From positions 24,926,001 through 24,990,000 of the forward strand of contig CM075989.1 of the NCBI GenBank assembly GCA_038087875.1: a stretch of 64,000 nt of DNA, given 5' to 3'. Under the pieces are notes generated by a model. The model was not told the DNA's origin. It did not search any database and saw only the letters and a list, made by a program, of their open reading frames with translations. A program made the position numbers and the translations under genes. This document shows, piece after piece, positions 1 to 12,359 of this stretch (position 1 is the first letter of the stretch; every line of letters starts with the position of its first letter). This DNA is from Malacoraja senta (lineage: Eukaryota).

Positions 1-714
1 AAAGTGTCCTATCCATGTTAGAGTCATACAGAACAGAAACAGGCTCTTTGGCCCAACATGCTCATGGCAACCAAGATGCCCCATCAACACCAGCCCCACA
101 TGCCCACGTTTGCCCCATATCCCTCAAAACCTGTCCTATCCATGTACCTGTCCAAATGTCTTTTAAATGTTGTAGTTCCCACCTCAACTCCCTCCTCTGC
201 AGCTTGTTCCATTATTACTCTACGTGCCAGTATCAGTACAACTCTAACACAAGACACAGCATGCCACAGTATTGGCAACCTCTTCAGCAGAACATCCAAT
301 GTCTCTCTGAACTACCCGTCTATGGTGACTACAGCGTAAACCATCGTCAAGCTGCAACTCACCAAACCTTCTCTGATAGCCCTTCCTGAGCCCATGATCG
401 CTGCCAGCTAAGATTATGTGCTGGCCAGGTTGTTTATATTTCCACATTTTCATAGAAGGAGGCACTTCATGTCAATGTCAGAGCACAATGCGATCCCATT
501 CCCATGACTTTCTCTGTTCTCTCCACATTCCCCAGTGCTCTACCACTCACCTACACACCAGTACTAAGTAGTGTTTATCTCCCACCCTGCACTTTGGGAA
601 GTGGCAGGAAACCGGAGCCCAGTGGGGATCCCACGCGGTCACGGGCAGGAATGGATCTGCAGGATTCCCGCATCTTCTGTTGTGTGGGAACAGTTTGTGG
701 CAAACCCTGACGTT

Positions 715-1245
715 GAGTTAAACCGAAGATAGACACAAAATGCTGGAGCAACTCAGCGGGACAGGCAGCATCTCTGGAGAGAAGGAATGGATGACGTTTC
801 CGGTCGAGACCTTTCTTCAGACTGAATCAGTGGAGAGGGAGATACAGAGAAGGAAATGTAAGGTGTGAAAACGAGACAAAGGGAATGGAGATCAAGGAAA
901 ATGTAGAGGATCATTGTTGGTATTGAGAAGGAAACAAGAAAGCAAACTGAGATAGAATGTAAACAAGGACAGTCAGACGAGTCGGAGAACTGGGAATGGG
1001 GGGGGGGATGGAGAGAGCGGGTAAGCAAGGGCTACTTGAAGTTATGGAAGTCAATGTTCATACCACTGGGGTCTAAGCTGCCCAAGCAAAATATGAGGTG
1101 CTGTTCCTCCAATGTGCGCTGGGCCTCACTCTGACAATGGAGGAGGCCCAGGACAGGAAGAGCAGTGTGGGAATGGGAGGGGGAGTTAAAGTGTTTGGTA
1201 ACCGGATGTTCAGGTAGGTTTAGAAGGACTGAGAGGAGGTGTTCA
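715..1245 (-). mobile_element. Penelope-like element (Neptune-type) 3' fragment: GIY-YIG endonuclease C-terminus followed by terminal repeat (pLTR) with hammerhead motif
   Basis: EHLLSVLLNLPEHPVTKHFNSPSHSHTALPVLGLLHCQSEAQRTLEEQHLIFCLGSLDPSGMNIDFHNFK* is typical of vertebrate PLE GIY-YIG ends; followed by CTGAAGA-AAGGTCTCGACCG-GAAACGTC (820-793). Confidence 0.85.
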
Positions 1246-1759
1246 GTTTTAGCAGCCTGGTTTAACTGTGCCCTTGGCAGGCCGGCGTTATAATGTAAAT
1301 GTATAGCCAGATGGCCACGTTCCCCACTGCACACTGCTCGGGTCACGAACACCTCTTGGGAACGAAGCCCTGCTATAACCTGGAGAGGATTTGTGTGTTC
1401 CACATCAAACACCACCACGGCTGGTAAACCAGTCACGGGGGGGGGGTAAAGTGAGGGTTAGGACAAGCACAAAGGCAGAGAGAGGCAAGGACAGACCCCG
1501 GGCTGGGAGACTGACCGATGATCAATGCCAACGTTTAATTCACCAACGTCACATAAATCAAACACCTATTTAGACAAATGCAAGTCAGGCACATTTATCA
1601 TTCATGGAAATAACTGTATCCGTTTTTTATTTTAAACCAAAAAGGACCTATAGAGATGATGGAATTTAATTTAGATTGTCAAGTGAAGTCAAGTCACATG
1701 TATTTATATATATAGCACATTTAAAAAACAACTCTGAGTTAGTCTGAAACTCAGAGTAG

Positions 1760-1955
1760 TCAGTACCCCGTTCCTGCCTTCTCCCCATATCCCCTGGCTC
1801 CGCTATTTTTAAGAGCCCTATCTAGCTCTCTCTTGAAAGCATCCAGAGAACCGGCCTCCACCGCCCTCTGAGGCAGAGAATTCCACAGACTCACAACTCT
1901 CTGTGAGAAAAAGTGTTTCCTCGTCTCCGTTCTAAATGGCTTACCCTTATTCTTA
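1760..1955 (-). mobile_element. CR1-clade LINE 3' fragment
   Basis: FRTETRKHFFSQRVVSLWNSLPQRAVEAGSLDAFKRELDRAL. Confidence 0.8.
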
Positions 1956-2939
1956 ACAAATAACACAATATAGAACAGTACAGCACTGGTACAGGCCCTT
2001 CGGCCCACAATGTCTGTGCCGAACATGATGCCGTTAAACTGATCTCCTCTGCCTGCACGTGATCTATACCCCTCCATTCACTGCATATCCATGTGCCCAT
2101 TTAAAGCCTCTTAAACGCCGTCAGAAGGGTTCTTCCCTGATTGAACTTTCATTGGAACAAGCTGAGATACCGATACACTCAGCTAAGGATCGGTGGATTT
2201 TCTCAACTTAGCTTGAAGTCAATTTCAGAAAGAGCACGAGTTATCTGTTGAATCCAATGTAATGGGAGAACACACCAGTCTTTATATTAGACTCCACACG
2301 ACCTTGGCACTGTAATGTCAGAGAGCGAAGTGTGTAATTAGATCAGCAACAAATGCAGGAGTCTGTCTGCAGTTTCATGAGGGTTGAACCAATGATTCAC
2401 AGTGCAGAGAACTCCAATAGTTTCACCCTGAGCGTGTCAGGGTGTTGTGGTCACAAATATTAAACGTGGCTGGCCAGCTGTATAAGTAAGTAAAGATACC
2501 GGCCGTTTACGGGATGGTTTGGAGGGATATGATTTTAAACAACAATTGTATAGCAGGGATGACGAAACAGTTCTCATTTCAACAGATTGAGGCTTTACTG
2601 GAAAATTAGATTCCATAAAATCAATATAATACAACCAAAATAGACATCATAACTTGAGGAAGCAGCACAATAAAACTTGCTTAACTTTGGAAAAATCTGC
2701 TTTAGAAAAGTTAGCTTGCTGAAGATTTGACGGTAATTGGCAAATGTAGTCCACAAAGATCCTCAGAGCCTTGCCCAAGTTTTGCTTTTCCCTGCAGCTG
2801 TGGAAGTGAAGGGGAGAGAAGCCAATTCCATTGGACATTTGCCTTCTCCACAGGGCACTGAGTTCCTCCAGCCTTTCCAACAGATCATGAGATGTGTGTG
2901 TGAAGACTTAGCCTAGCTCTATACACGAGGAACGATGTG

Positions 2940-3243
2940 TTTGGTTTAGTTTACAGACACAGCACGCAAACAGGCCGTGTAATCTGCTCAGACCATCAAT
3001 CACCTGTTCACACTAGTTCCATGTTATCCCAGTTACACATCCTACACACTCAGCGCAATTTACAGAAGCCAATTAACCTACATACCTGCACGTCTTTGGA
3101 ATATGGGAGGAAACCGGAGCATCCGTAGAAAACCAGTCACAGGGAGAACGTACAAACTCCACACAGGCAGCACCCAAGGTCAGGATCAAACTCGGGTCTC
3201 TGGCGCTGCAAGGCAGCAGCTCTACCCGCTGCATCACTGTGCC
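2940..3243 (-). mobile_element. V-SINE (HE1-like)
   Basis: Reverse complement of the 25545-25842 element, including A/B boxes and V-domain. Confidence 0.8.
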
Positions 3244-4008
3244 ATCTTGATCTGAGGGGACAGATTCCGTCTCTACAGCTTGCTGTTGTGATTAGGTTGA
3301 AGCAGATGGGTTTGATTGAAAGCATGTCGTTATATTTTATTGGTGGAGGATGTGATAAAATCTTCCAAACAGATTACATTAGTGAAATGACCTTGGATAT
3401 ATCTTCAAAGATATCGTATCTGGTCTATCAATAAACCAATTATTATTGTCCAGTGTCTGATAAATAGCAGAACAGTAAACTCAACAGAGCGAGACAGTTA
3501 TCAAATTCAATATGGCTCAAAAACAGACTCCCTCTGGACTTGCATTAGTAGCATGATTCTGCACCAAGTCTTAGAATGAAACATCGCTCATCCCAAAGCT
3601 TTTCCCTTTTGCTATTAATGGGAATTATTGGATTAGCTGCCGTGCATCATCTATGTGACCAATGTGGCCGGAATGACTTCTATCCCACTGCTCCTAATCA
3701 ATTCCCCTTCCTACCTCTGGACTACCCATGGCAACGTCATACAAATACAGATCAAGTCCCACATATAGTCACAGAGTGCTGGAGTAACTCAGCGGGTCAG
3801 GCAGCATCTGTGGAGAACATGGATAGGTGACGTTTCACAGAGTGCTGGAGTAACTCAGTGGGTCAGGCAGCATCTGTGGGGAACATGAACAGGTGACGTT
3901 TCGTGTCATAGACCTTTCGTGTTGGGACCTTTCCTCAGACTGAACCCACATGTTCTCTGACCATGCCCAGTGTTCCCTCACCATCTCCACTACCAGCCAC
4001 ACACCCAG

Positions 4009-4292
4009 TACAGGCAGAAGCTCAGGGGCGACCGCGCCTTTGCGGTTGCAGCTCCTAGACTGTGGAACAGCATCCCCCTCCCCATCAGAACTGCCCCCTC
4101 CATCGACTCCTTTAAGTCTAGACTAAAAACATATCTATACTCCCAAGCCTTTCTTGATGTCCTCTGAGCGAGGGCTATATGTATATATGTATGTAGTTTG
4201 TTTGTTTATACTATTCTTATAACAAATGTAAAGTACTTTGGCCAACGAGAGTTGTTTTTTAAATGTGCTATATAAATAAATGTGACTTGACG
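4009..4292 (+). mobile_element. L2-clade LINE 3' end
   Basis: RGDRAFAVAAPRLWNSIPLPIRTAPSIDSFKSRLKTYLYSQAF is the typical L2 ORF2 C-terminus. Tail GTAAAGTACTTTG...GCTATATAAATAAA; a matching reverse tail lies at 1678-1735. Confidence 0.8.
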
Positions 4293-5349
4293 TACAGGGA
4301 GACTGGAAACACCAAAGGCAGTGTCTTCAATCCCCACCACGGACTCCATTCTCCTGTTGGCCACTACCTGGAGCTAAACTGGACTGTTCAGAAGTTTGTC
4401 ATCTCACGTTGCATTTTAAACCCACACCTCGCTCACCCGTTGACCTTGTGCAGGCAGTGTGAAGGTGACGTTACCCTGGACCAGTAGCCAGTGTACTTCA
4501 CCATTGATCACTCCAGGGAGGACATCAATGGTGGAGCACACTGCTGAGCACTCCCAGCTCACCAGCGAGCGGATTTTAAATAATCCAAATTAACACGTCC
4601 AGAATTAAAGTTATTTACAGAAACAGTGAACACAAAGCTACCTGATTATTGTAAAGATCGGCCTGTTTTACAAACTCAGCTTCCTTTGCTGCTCGGTGGG
4701 TCCAGGCCCACCTGTGGATGACCGGTAACCACGACCGTACGTCCACAGCAGGTGAGGAAGAACAAGCGTCAACTTTGCCAACGAAAACTATATCTCGGGA
4801 GCTCCTGAATAAATGTTCTGTCTTGCCCAAACCTCAATGCCTACAGCCTCAAACCTCCAGGCCTTCCGTTGCAAATCCCTGTGATCCCCCCATGTGTCTG
4901 CAACCTCCTTCATCCCATGGCCATGAGATCCTTGTAACCTCTGGAACAACTGGCCATCAAGCCTTCTGTGGAAGGTGGATCTCCCCTATGGTACCACACT
5001 CGGCTCTGATAAATCACTCCTCCAGCTGGAACCTATCCTATTGTATACACCCATGAAGCTTGATATGCAATTTTCCCTATTGTTATTAGAATGTTAATCA
5101 TTCGGACTCTTGATAATGTAACTCCAGTGGGGAAGATGTACTAAACCCCTTAGAAAACAGGTCAAAACGCAAAACATACAGAAGCTAAAAATCTTAAAAT
5201 AAAGAAAGTGCTGGAAATTGCAGCAATGGTACAAATACTGAGTGAGTTCACACTTGCAAGGTGACACAATATCGTCATTCAAACTTTGTAATCAGTCTCC
5301 ACAGCCTCTGATGCAGCATTTGAGCTCCCCGCCCTTACAATGTTCTTAC

Positions 5350-5745
5350 CTTGCTGTGAGTTTCTCTATTTATATCAGTTCCAGCTTCACCAACTCCATT
5401 TGGCTCCAGTTCATGTTCACTTCGGGAAACCCTGACGTTCAAGATTTTCTTCTGGGCCTGTGATACAGCATGAGATTCAGCGCTGTTTTCTGACAATTCA
5501 CCTTCGGGCACTCTGTCCCTTGACGTGGAATCAGTTTCCTCAGCTCTGGCCCTCTCTTCACTGCTCTTTGAGTTACACAATAAAAATGTTCTGGAAATAA
5601 TTCCAAAGCTCCTGTACTTCTTGCTGCTTTTACGTAAAGTGCTTTTCTGACTTCTCTGGGAGGAAGATACATCCTTTTTCTTTTGTCTGTTGCTACAAGA
5701 ATAAAGCATTTCTTTCGAATGGCTTTTATCTATGTTCGCCAGCAT
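5350..5745 (-). CDS. IL16: Pro-interleukin-16, long (neuronal, PDZ-containing) isoform, first coding exon (132 aa); later exons not found in window
   Basis: RKSSKKYRSFGIISRTFLLCNSKSSEE resembles the human nIL-16 N-terminus [23 protein letters not shown]. Strong acceptor tttattttctttccatttacag/ puts the exon start at 5786, with in-frame stops before the ATG. Donor AAG/GTAAGA, phase 0. Position downstream of CFAP161 on the same strand matches human synteny. Confidence 0.8.
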
Positions 5746-6039
5746 GAAGAAACGGATTTATTGTTTTTAAAGTCAACACACAGTTTCTGTAAATGGAAAG
5801 AAAATAAAGATTAAGGTACAGATTCAGAACTCTCACTAGCTGGAGAAATAGCCCATGGAATCAACACACCGTAGCTGTGATTTATTACCATTAACTAGAG
5901 AACATGGAAATAATCTGATGCAAGCAACTTGAGTTCATCTAATTCATGTATCGATGGGAACCACTTTGGGTCCTAAGTTCTGGGACTATGTCCACAAACA
6001 AGACGGACTTGGCCGCGCGATCTCCCGGTGGCCAAACAC

Positions 6040-6510
6040 CCTCTCCCATTCTGACCGTTCTGGCCTGGGCCTCCTCCGCTGTCAGAGTGAGGCCCAACTC
6101 TAATTGGAGGAACAGCAACTCATATTTCGCTTGGGCACCTTACAACCCAGCTTTTCAATTTAACTTCAAGTAACCCTTGCACCCCCCTCTCTCCGTCCCT
6201 CCCCCACCCAAGTCATCGTACTAGTTTCACTGTCGTCCTGCTGAGTTCCACTATCTGTACCACTCGTTAGCACCTTCTCCACAGCCAACAATGGACCATT
6301 GTGGGCTCTACCTTCCCTTGACCATCGTTGCGGACTTGGATTTGTCCTTTTGCATATCTTTCATTCATTTGATCTCTGTGCCTTTTCATATCTTTCATTT
6401 CCCTCTCCCCCGACTCTCAGTCTGAAGGGACTGAAACGTCACCTATTCCTTTTCTCCAGAGATGCTGCCTGACCCGCTGAGTTACTCCAGCTTTTTGTGT
6501 CTATCTTAGG
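6040..6510 (+). mobile_element. Degenerate Penelope-like element 3' fragment (GIY-YIG end plus pLTR) in the intron upstream of the IL16 coding exon
   Basis: GGCCTCCTCCGCTGTCAGAGTGAGGCCCAA...TTGGAGGAACAGCAACTCATATTTCGCTTGGG...AACTTCAAGTAA is homologous to 1032-1170; the hammerhead stem II is deleted. Confidence 0.75.
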
Positions 6511-7878
6511 TGTTAGATGATGCCCGATTTTAAAGGTGAAGTGTGACTTAGTGGAGTTCCTCATTCTCATTACTCTGTGTAACTGTTGTCAGTGCTACCT
6601 GTAAGGTTTGTAGTTGCACCTCCACTAACATGCCCTGAGAATGGGACGTACTGCTGCCAGGCAAGGCTCTGACAGGGTACAGTGGGGTGGCTGTAACTGA
6701 TGCTGCTTGCTGTGATGATTCCTTAAGATATTGTTGACCTTGTATATATTCACCACATGGAGGAAGGTCATTTAGCCCACAAGTCTATGACAATTCTCAG
6801 GCCAACCCTATCAGTCACATCCCCCACTTTTTACGATCTTGCAGAATCTATGTGTGATTTATATATCATTTATGTTTTTGTGTGTTAGCTTTGGCCATGT
6901 CTCTGTGATCCTGCTGCAGGTGAGAATTGCATTGTAACAATACCTCACCACACGTGCATACCACAATAAACTGGACAGGACATTACACTGATTCTCCTAC
7001 AAGAAGCCAATTAACCTACTAACAAATCTCAGGGATGTGCTGGAAATGGGAATAGCTGTGGGAACCCAGGCAGTCACAGGGAGTACATGCAAACTCCACA
7101 CAGAGGTCACGACCATAACCAGCCCCCCCCCCCCCCCCCAGCTGTGAGGATAGGCACTACCCGCTGCACCACTGCATCCAGTCCAATACAGCAATGACAA
7201 TGTGGTCTTTCATGTAGAACCTTGCATGCCTTATCTAGTGATCTGACATTTCAGGAGTTGCCTTTGTGTAAATGATGCCGTCTGGACATCATCATGTTGC
7301 TGTTTGTGGGATTTTGCTATGGAAATATAGCCACTGCCTACAGACCAGTGCTGAGCCTGGAAATCTAACGGCATAGCACCGTCTTATTGTAGTGTCTGGT
7401 CATGAGAGCGAGCAACGTTTCAGCTGTGGAGCAACAACACAGAGTTGCCTCGGTGTGAACGGGATCTCTCAGCATCTCCAGACAAGATGTGTTTCAGTTG
7501 CTGCAGTTTGACGGGACACTGCTGTGTGGAGACGGTGAAAGATGCTGCAGAATTTCTTCTGCTTAAAAGTTCACTCATTTCAATCTTCAACACTTAATGC
7601 AAGAGACAACAGCTTCATAAATCTCCCACATGCTGTTCTTTTCCAGCTTTCCCTGTGCAGGAGTTGAAGTCATACATTCACAGCAGCCACAAGCCCAGTG
7701 TGTCTCTCCATCTCCATCCGAAAATTAACATCCTGAGAAAGTATCATTTATTTTATTTACACCAGCCCTGTGTCCCATCCATGGGAATCTCCCAACTAAC
7801 ACATGATTCATATGGTCATTACCAGATTATACCCTGTGGCCTGCTGAAATATGGTTCAGAAATGCTTCAACATGAGTA

Positions 7879-8089
7879 GACATTGCATTAGAGAGGCTTC
7901 ATGTCTGTGAGTGTGACATTGCATTAGAGAGGCTGCATGTCTGTGAGTGTGACATTGCATTAGAGAGGCTGCATGTCTGTGAGTGTGACGTTGCATTAGA
8001 GAGGCTGCATGTCTGTGAGTGTGACGTTGCATTAGAGAGGCTGCATGTCTGTGAGTGTGACGTTGCATTAGAGAGGCTGCATGTCTGTG
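7879..8089. repeat. Minisatellite, 36-bp unit GAC(A/G)TTGCATTAGAGAGGCTGCATGTCTGTGAGTGT, about 6 copies
   Basis: Direct inspection. Confidence 0.95.
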
Positions 8090-8239
8090 TAACTGAATCC
8101 GACTCAGGGTTTAAGGCCACTGGCAGCTTACTGCTTCACTCTGACTCAGGTGAAGTACACCCTGCCCCCTGTGGCTCTCACTGGCATTACACCCTTGAAA
8201 AAAATGTGTTTAGACTTTGATCATTTTCATTCCAATAGT

Positions 8240-8530
8240 GTGGGCAGCAGGCGAGCAGGGGTAGAGTTGCTGCCTCACAGCGCCAGAGGCCTAGGTTCAA
8301 TCCTGACTACGGGTGCTGTCTGTATGGAGTTTGTACGTTCTCCTTGTGACCATATGGGTGCTCCGGTTTCCTCCCACACTCCAAAGACATGCAGGTTTGT
8401 AGGTTAATTGGCTTAGGTAAATTGTTTCTAGTGTGAAGGGTATAACTAGTGTCCGGATGATCACTGGCCATCACGGACTCCATGGGCTGAAGGACCCACT
8501 TCCACGCTGTATCTTTAATCCTAATCTAAA
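8240..8530 (+). mobile_element. V-SINE (HE1-like)
   Basis: GGTAGAGTTGCTGCCTCACAGCGCCAGAG...GGTTCAATCC...V-domain...CTAATCTAAA tail. Confidence 0.8.
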
Positions 8531-8644
8531 GAAGTGCAGTTGCCAAATTCAGACCAGACCAGCACTTGAGGTTAACACTATTCCCTTTATGAAATGTTGA
8601 TGCTTTCCTCATTACACTGCCTCCTTTCTCTCCCTGGGCAGTCC

Positions 8645-9030
8645 CAGGGGTAGAGGATGACTTGCCTTGTGTTTTTGATATTTATTATTATATGTATGAC
8701 TGCCAAAATTCCAAAAGGTCTGAATGACAATAAAGGATAATTCAATTCAATTCAAAACAGGCCCTTCAGCCCACCGAGTCCACACTGACCATCAATCACC
8801 TGTTCTCTGGGTTCGGAGGTGGCTGATGAGACTGTGTGGACCACAGACCCTTTCCCCAGATCATGAAGGAGTGTGCGGTGGGCAGGTGGTAGGGGCGATT
8901 GTGAAGTGGTGTGCTCCCTCTGTCATTTACCTGGGATGTTGCGTGATGCCAACACCTCACCTCAGCTCAGTCTCATCCCGTCTCCACTCCGACTTGGCAA
9001 GGCCCATGCACTCTCTCAGGGACGCTTGGA
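8645..9030 (-). mobile_element. Degenerate RTE-clade 3' remnant, interrupted by other repeats
   Basis: Reverse strand encodes VCGPHSLISHLRTQ; 3'UTR-like GGCAAGTCATCCTC. Confidence 0.45.
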
Positions 9031-9375
9031 GTCAAATCCGATTTGGGAACAGCTCCATCCAAGACCGCAAGAAATCAACCCGCCCATTAGAGGTTCAAAA
9101 TACAGTTTAGCACTGTCCACTCACGGGCAGTTCGGGATGGGCAGTAATGATGGCCTTGCCGTTAATAATTGTATCCCAAAATATAAAGTTTCACACAAAA
9201 AAAACTAAACTCCAGCCCCATTAATGTTCAACAAATGTCCTCCTGATCATGTTAATATTTATCCATCAAGTTGGCAATGGCCTCAGTGATAAGAATGTCA
9301 ATCAGATATGATCCAGTAAACATGTTCATATCTATCCAAAAATCAAACCTCACTGTAACTTGTAAATATTTTCTT

Positions 9376-9513
9376 ATCTGGTGTATCTGGTGTACCTGGT
9401 GTACCTGGTGGACCTGGTGTACCTGGTGTACCTGGTGTACCTGGTGTACCTGGTGTACCTGGTGTACCTGGTGTACCTGGTGTACCTGGTGTACCTGGTG
9501 TACCTGGTGTACC
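9376..9513. repeat. 9-bp tandem repeat (ACCTGGTGT), about 15 copies
   Basis: Direct inspection. Confidence 0.95.
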
Positions 9514-10419
9514 ACTGTTAAAATATTTAAAACCATTGGCTTATGGTCATTTGTCACGCCAAAACTTGGCTGCAATAGTTTAGTTTTGAAGATTAGCACA
9601 AGCAACAAACTGATTTGTTAAGGGAGGCATAAGTTTCTGTTGTGGGTAAGCAACCTTAATGTTAGAACTGTGATTTTCAGGCAATAATATCAGGGAGAGC
9701 ATTTTCACAAAGTCTGATTCCAACAAAAACATTGGAAGTTTCAGAGTTTGCAGAACTTATGAAAGTTCTTTTGAAGCTGGAAGCAAAATGGAGGAGCAGC
9801 AGGTGAATGGAGTAAGGAGCAGCATGTCCATCAAGTAGACACTGCAGATGCTGGCTTGGTTCAGTCTGGTGAAGGGTCTCCACCCAAAACATTACCTTAT
9901 CTCCAGAGATACTGCTTGACCCGCTGAGTTACTCCAGCATTTTGCCTCTATCTTTGGTGATGTATTTAGGCTGGAGTTCACTGCCAATGCGGGGAACCTA
10001 TGGGAATAGAGGTACTGCTCAGGCAGAGCGACCAACAGGAACCTCGTCCATAGCCACAGCTTGCATGGGTCCAGTAGTGGCAACATCAGGAGGCTCTGGA
10101 GAGCTCCAGGACAATACACTGGGTTCACTGCCAGGGTGCCTTGTGCCCAGGGCCTGCAGTTTACCACAGAGTTCAAGCCTAAAAAAGCAATCTATTGCCA
10201 CAGACAGTGGTGGAGGCCAAGCCAATGGAAATGTTTAAGGCAGAAATTGACAGATTCTTGATTAGTACGGGTGTCAGGGGTTATGGGGAGAAGGCAGGAG
10301 AATGGGGTTAGGAAGGAGAGATAGATCAACAATGATTGAATGACGGAGTGGACTTAATTCTGCTCCCATGTCTTATGAAAAGAATGAAGCAAGATTCAAG
10401 TTAATTGATTAGCAGCTTA

Positions 10420-10730
10420 ATTGAAAAATACAGCACGGAAACAGCTCTTCGGCCCATCGAGTTGCCCCCTCCCCAACCATCGATCACCTATTCACACTAG
10501 TTCTACTTGCATCCACTCCCTACATACGAGGGGCAATTTACAGAGGGGCAATCAACTTACAAACCCACACCGCTTTGAGACGTGGGAGGAAACCGGAGCA
10601 TCCAAAGGAAATCCACAAGTTCACAGAGATAACATGCAAACTCCACACAGACAGTACCAGAGATCAGGATTGAACCCAGTCTCTGGCACTGTGAGTCAGC
10701 AGCTCTACAACTGCACCACTGTGTTACCTC
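10420..10730 (-). mobile_element. V-SINE (HE1-like)
   Basis: Homologous to the other copies, reverse strand. Confidence 0.75.
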
Positions 10731-11087
10731 CTTTCTGATCACAATTCTGCAACACTGTGTTAGTCTGGGTTAGGACCAGGTCAATACTGTGGCATAGATG
10801 TTCACCAAGCAAGTACCATCCAATGATGGATGTCAGGTTCACACAGAGATAAAGACAGTGAGTGCAGTGAGATCACCTCACCTAGCATCATAGTATCACC
10901 TCAGCACAGGGAAGGTCAGAAATAAAAACTCATAATACTGGAAACACTCACCAGGCCAGTCCTGGGGAACGGTCTGAACTCTGCTTCTCTCTCCACAGAT
11001 GCTGCCCGACCTCCTGAGTGTTTCCAGCAGTTTCTGTTTTTATCTCAGATTCTCTGCACCTGCACCATCTCCATTGAGCTGGGCGTG

Positions 11088-11545
11088 GACACCAGGGTAC
11101 ACACCACACCAGGGTACGCACACCACACCATGGTACGCACACCACGGTACACACCACACCATGGTACGCACACCAGGGTACACACCAGGGTACACACCAC
11201 ACCAACGTACACACCAGGGTACACACCACACCAACGTACACACCAGGGTACACACCACACCAACGTACACACACCACACCAGGGTACGCACACACCATGG
11301 TACGCACACCACACCAACGTACACACCACACCACGGTACACACCAGGGTACACACCAGGGTACGCACACCACCAGGGTACGCACACCACCAGGGTAAACA
11401 CCAGGGTACACACCGCACACCATGGTACACACCGCACACCATGGTACACACACCACACCAGGGTACACACCGCACCAGGGTACACACCGCACCAGGGTAC
11501 ACACACCGCACCAGGGTACACACCAGACCACACCATGGTACATGG
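11088..11545. repeat. Complex satellite built from CACAC / CAGGGTA / CATGGTA / CAACGTA modules
   Basis: Direct inspection; it explains the overlapping low-complexity ORFs. Confidence 0.9.
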
Positions 11546-12359
11546 ACACAGAGACACAGCAACATCCCGCCAGGGCAGCGAGCGAGGAACGGTGGATGTT
11601 TCGCCGGTGCCGAGTCTTGTTAAGGACACCAGCCGTTCCCCTCCCCTCCCCTCCCCTCCCCCGACTCTCAGTCTGAAGATGGGTCTCTCCAGAGATGCTG
11701 CTTGTCCTGCTGAGTTACTCCAGCATTTTGGGTCTAATCTTCCAATGGAATCGGTTACATTTATCTGAGAAGTTAGAGGGGGGGGGGGGTCTATTTAGCA
11801 GCTCATTGTAGAGATGTTGGGAACGGGAGATCACACGCGAGGGTGGGGACAAACCATCATCGCTGTGCCGGACTTCACACCAACCACACATGTTGGGCGA
11901 GGTTTAAACGAATGCAACATATGTAGGAAAGAACTGCAGATGTTGGTTTAAACGGAGCATAGACACAAAATGCTGGAGTAACTCAGCTGGACAGGCAGCA
12001 TCTCTGGAGAGAAGGAATGGGTGGGGTTTGGGGTCGAGACCCTTCTTCAGACTGATCCAAGGTAGTCTTTGCGCCCGTTCCCCGCCTCGGTGCTCCCGTG
12101 ACTGGTTCCCAGAGCCCACGGGATGCGTCCACACATGCATCACCCTACACGCGAAGCAAGGAACTGCAGATGCTGCTTTACACCCAAGGCAGACACAGAG
12201 TGCTGGAGTAACTCAGCGGGACAGGCAGCATCTGTGGAGAACATGGATAGGTGACGGTTCGGGTGGGGACCATTCATTCTCCAGCCCTGTCTCCCATCCA
12301 TCGCTCTACACTTCCACATGTAACAAGTACCCGGCTGACTCGGCGCAACAATAAATAAC

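Noticed and set aside
2647..2880. Possible further IL16 exon (LLERLEELSALWRRQ...)
   Set aside because: Part resembles a decayed pLTR repeat (GCTGGAGGAACTCAG...CTGTGGAGAAGG); no convincing splice sites or IL16 similarity.
4642..4804. Minus-strand AG...GT segment as the next IL16 exon
   Set aside because: In phase 0, required by the previous exon, it hits a TGA after 11 codons.
7879..8089. 36-bp repeats of CRISPR-like length
   Set aside because: Units are contiguous with no unique spacers, there are no cas genes, and the context is eukaryotic.
9252..9621. ORFs with (HQV)n or (WCT)n repeats
   Set aside because: They are translations of the 9-bp tandem repeat.
10948..11768. Several long overlapping ORFs (130-227 aa, Cys/Trp/Val- or His/Thr-rich)
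   Set aside because: They are translations of a stop-free satellite in all frames, with no gene signature.
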